Part shown: positions 61,358 through 64,000 of the stretch, piece by piece
Layout: every line of letters starts with the position of its first letter
Position numbering within the stretch: position 1 is the stretch's first letter
Source: a virus
Reading direction: 5' to 3' (one strand)
Length of the DNA: 64,000 nt
Virus record (IMG/VR): IMGVR_UViG_3300021135_000003
Made by a program: the position numbers and the translations under genes
The notes under the pieces: model-generated
What the model saw: only the letters and a program-made list of their open reading frames with translations
Databases searched by the model: none
Told to the model about the DNA's origin: nothing

Positions 61358-64000
61358 ATGTCATCATTACTAAAATCTCCGTTAGACAATTCTATTGCTA
61401 ACGCAGTATATAATGAAATCCAAAATCGTAGTGCTCGTTACTACTACTTTTTAGGTAAAACTTTAACATGGCCAGTGGATACAAATCCTCCACTACCAGT
61501 TGATAGTTTTGCTTATGAATTAGCAACACGTAACGAAATTATTACTATGAAAGAAGTTAAGTCAACTGACGTGGCTTTCGTTATCCCTAGAGCAGACTGG
61601 GTTACTGGTCAAGTTTGGGATATGTATGATGACCAATATTCTACTGAAGTTCAAGGTATTAATTTAATTGCTGGTGGATATGGTTATTCATCAGTTCCAA
61701 CTGTTACTATTTCAGGTGGTGGTGGTTCTGGTGCAACTGCAGTAGCAGTGTTAAACTCTGGTGTTGTTGCAGGAATTACTTTAACTAGCAAAGGTATTGG
61801 ATATACTGCTGTTCCAACTGTTACTATTTCAGGTGGTGGCGGCACAGGTGCTGTTGGAACAGCAGCAGTTACTATTGCTCCTTCTGGTGCTCAGCGTTTA
61901 GAAGATACCATGTGTTATGCATTAACTGACGATTTTAACGTATACAAATGTCTTGATAATAATAACAATTCAATTTCTACATATAAACCAGTTGGTACTG
62001 TTGTAGATCCAGTTGTTATGCCTGACGGATATATGTGGAAATACTTATACAGTATTCCTATTGCTCTTCGCAATAAGTTTTTAACTGACGTATATATGCC
62101 AGTTGTTAATTCTATTCGATCTCAGTTTTATTCTGGTGGTGAGATTCTAAATGTCCGTATTGATAATCAAGGACAGAATTATACTTTCGCAAATATTTCA
62201 GTTTCTGGTGATGGTTATATAAAATCAGATCCTGTTTTAATTGACCATATGGTTATTTCAAATCCTGGATCTGGATATACTGGTGGGGCGACAATGACTA
62301 TTGATCCACCAATCAGTGGAGCCAGTGTCTGGCAAAATGGAATTCAGATTCTTGTTGGGCAATCAGTAGAATATAATAATAATCTTTATACTGCAACAGT
62401 TACTGGTACAATGGCTTCTCCTGGACCTACTCACAGATCTGGTGTTGTTGCTAATGGAACTGCAGCTTTACAATATGTTGGAACACGTGCTACTGGTGTA
62501 TTAACTACGACTGGTGGTGCTATTACTGGTTATACCTTATTTGGTAGCATATATGATGTTACAATTACCAATGGTGGTTTGGGTTATACATCTACTCCAT
62601 CAGTGGCATTGGTTGATGATATCGATAGTGCACCTGACGCTGATTATGATGGAACAGGTTTCGTTGGTCAATGTATTATGAATGGAACTTCTGTTGGTAA
62701 AGTTCAAGTTGTTGATCCAGGATATGGTTATGGCTACGCTCAAAATTTAGTTATTGGTACTCCGTTTGTAGCTTCAACTGCATATAGTGTTGGTCAACAG
62801 ATTTATTACTCAAATAGACTTTATACTGTAACTGTTGCTGGAACTTCAAGCGCATCTGCAACCCCAACAATTAATGGAGCAATTACCGCAATTAATCTTA
62901 CTTCTGGCGGATCTGGTTATAGTTCCGTAACTCCTCCTGTTATTAATATTTCTGCTCCTGATGTTTCTACTGGTACTCAAGCTGTTGCTACACCAGTAAT
63001 TACTTCTGGTGTAATTACTGGTATTACTGTTACTGCTGGTGGTTCAGGTTATATTAATCCACCAACTGTTACTATTACTTCATCAATCGGTACTGGTGCT
63101 TTAGCTGGTGCTACTACATTACAAACTGCAACAAATGGAACTATGACACTGCGTTATTCTGGTGTTGCAGCAACTGGTACTGTTAATTTAAGATATGGTG
63201 CTGGTTATAAAGTTGCCCCAAATGTTTCAATTACTGCTATTTCAGGTGGGCTTGGAGCAACAGCATATTTCGTTGCTCCTCCATCTAAAGCAAAATTAAC
63301 ACCAATTATTGTTAATGGCGCAATTAGTGCAGTTCAAATTGATGATGGTGGTACTGGTTATACATACGCTAACTTAACAGTCACTGGTGACGGTAATGGT
63401 GGTGGTACTAATCCGAACACTGCTCAATTAACTGCTGATTTATCTCCAGGTGATTTAAATACTTTACAAGCAAATACTGAACTATTGACACCTGATGGGC
63501 GTATTATGGCTTATCCAGTTATTTCTGGTGGATATGGTTATGGTTCAGATTTTCCTATAACAATTACTGGTGATGGTACTGGTGCTGCAGCAACTGCTAA
63601 TGTAGTTAATGGTACAGTTACAAAAATTACTGTTACAAATTATGGTTTAGGATATCGTTGGTGTAAAGTAGCATTTGATCAAGGTTCTGGTTTCGGTGCT
63701 GCTGCTCGTGGTGTTATGGCTCCATATGGTGGTCATGGTAAAGATCCAATTACTGGTATGTTTGCTAAAACTTTAATGTTTTATACAAACGTATCTAAAG
63801 ATACAAACCAAGGATATATTGTAAATAATGACTTTAGACAATTGGGTATTATTAAAAACCCACGTCAATTCGGAGCATATGGTAACTTGGCTACTTCATT
63901 GGCATCCGCTTGTTATTTGGTAACTGGTTTTATTGATACTACTAACTTTGTCGCTGACCAAAATTTAACACTTGGAACTTCTACTGGTCCTTTGTTTAGA
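61358..64000 (+). CDS. 8: Baseplate wedge gp8-like protein with beta-repeat inserts (3'-truncated; not in ORF track)
   Basis: YYYFLGK, IPR.DW..G..WDMY, VYKCLDNN, DGYMWKYLY, GGHG.DP, NDFRQ.G; many GGSGY repeats. Confidence 0.85.
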   Translation, partial: MSSLLKSPLDNSIANAVYNEIQNRSARYYYFLGKTLTWPVDTNPPLPVDSFAYELATRNEIITMKEVKSTDVAFVIPRADWVTGQVWDMYDDQYSTEVQGINLIAGGYGYSSVPTVTISGGGGSGATAVAVLNSGVVAGITLTSKGIGYTAVPTVTISGGGGTGAVGTAAVTIAPSGAQRLEDTMCYALTDDFNVYKCLDNNNNSISTYKPVGTVVDPVVMPDGYMWKYLYSIPIALRNKFLTDVYMPVVNSIRSQFYSGGEILNVRIDNQGQNYTFANISVSGDGYIKSDPVLIDHMVISNPGSGYTGGATMTIDPPISGASVWQNGIQILVGQSVEYNNNLYTATVTGTMASPGPTHRSGVVANGTAALQYVGTRATGVLTTTGGAITGYTLFGSIYDVTITNGGLGYTSTPSVALVDDIDSAPDADYDGTGFVGQCIMNGTSVGKVQVVDPGYGYGYAQNLVIGTPFVASTAYSVGQQIYYSNRLYTVTVAGTSSASATPTINGAITAINLTSGGSGYSSVTPPVINISAPDVSTGTQAVATPVITSGVITGITVTAGGSGYINPPTVTITSSIGTGALAGATTLQTATNGTMTLRYSGVAATGTVNLRYGAGYKVAPNVSITAISGGLGATAYFVAPPSKAKLTPIIVNGAISAVQIDDGGTGYTYANLTVTGDGNGGGTNPNTAQLTADLSPGDLNTLQANTELLTPDGRIMAYPVISGGYGYGSDFPITITGDGTGAAATANVVNGTVTKITVTNYGLGYRWCKVAFDQGSGFGAAARGVMAPYGGHGKDPITGMFAKTLMFYTNVSKDTNQGYIVNNDFRQLGIIKNPRQFGAYGNLATSLASACYLVTGFIDTTNFVADQNLTLGTSTGPLFR

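Overview
A 64-kb slice of a large, AT-rich T4-like myovirus genome (cyanophage/pelagiphage-like core gene order). The host is probably a proteobacterium, with a betaproteobacterial-style tmRNA. Left to right: a CHASE2 adenylate cyclase, early genes, RNase H and dCMP deaminase. Then a complete 28-tRNA set covering all 20 amino acids, with structured RNAs between the tRNAs. Then a block of eight 2OG-Fe(II) oxygenases around a carbamoyltransferase, a hypervariable early region built from repeated stem-loop/promoter cassettes, PhoH, a GH19 endolysin, a two-piece tmRNA, ClpP, gp33/59/32, and tail/baseplate genes (gp51, 26, 16, 54, 2, 4, 48, 53, 5, 25, 6, 7, 8). The main candidate novel system sits in front of the tRNA array. 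It is a leaderless 40-codon leader peptide, missed by the ORF track, that uses all 20 amino acids and 34 different codons. It is coupled to mutually exclusive antiterminator and terminator hairpins and followed by an rrn-type boxA. This looks like a pan-codon ribosome-stalling attenuator that switches on phage tRNAs when host tRNAs fail. Other highlights are a likely -1 frameshift fusing gp26 to gp51 before the tape-measure-like gene, a tRNA-Thr(AGU), and a ribosome-rescue set (tmRNA, an ArfA-like peptide, ClpP). All calls come from reading the sequence and recalling motifs; no searches were run.
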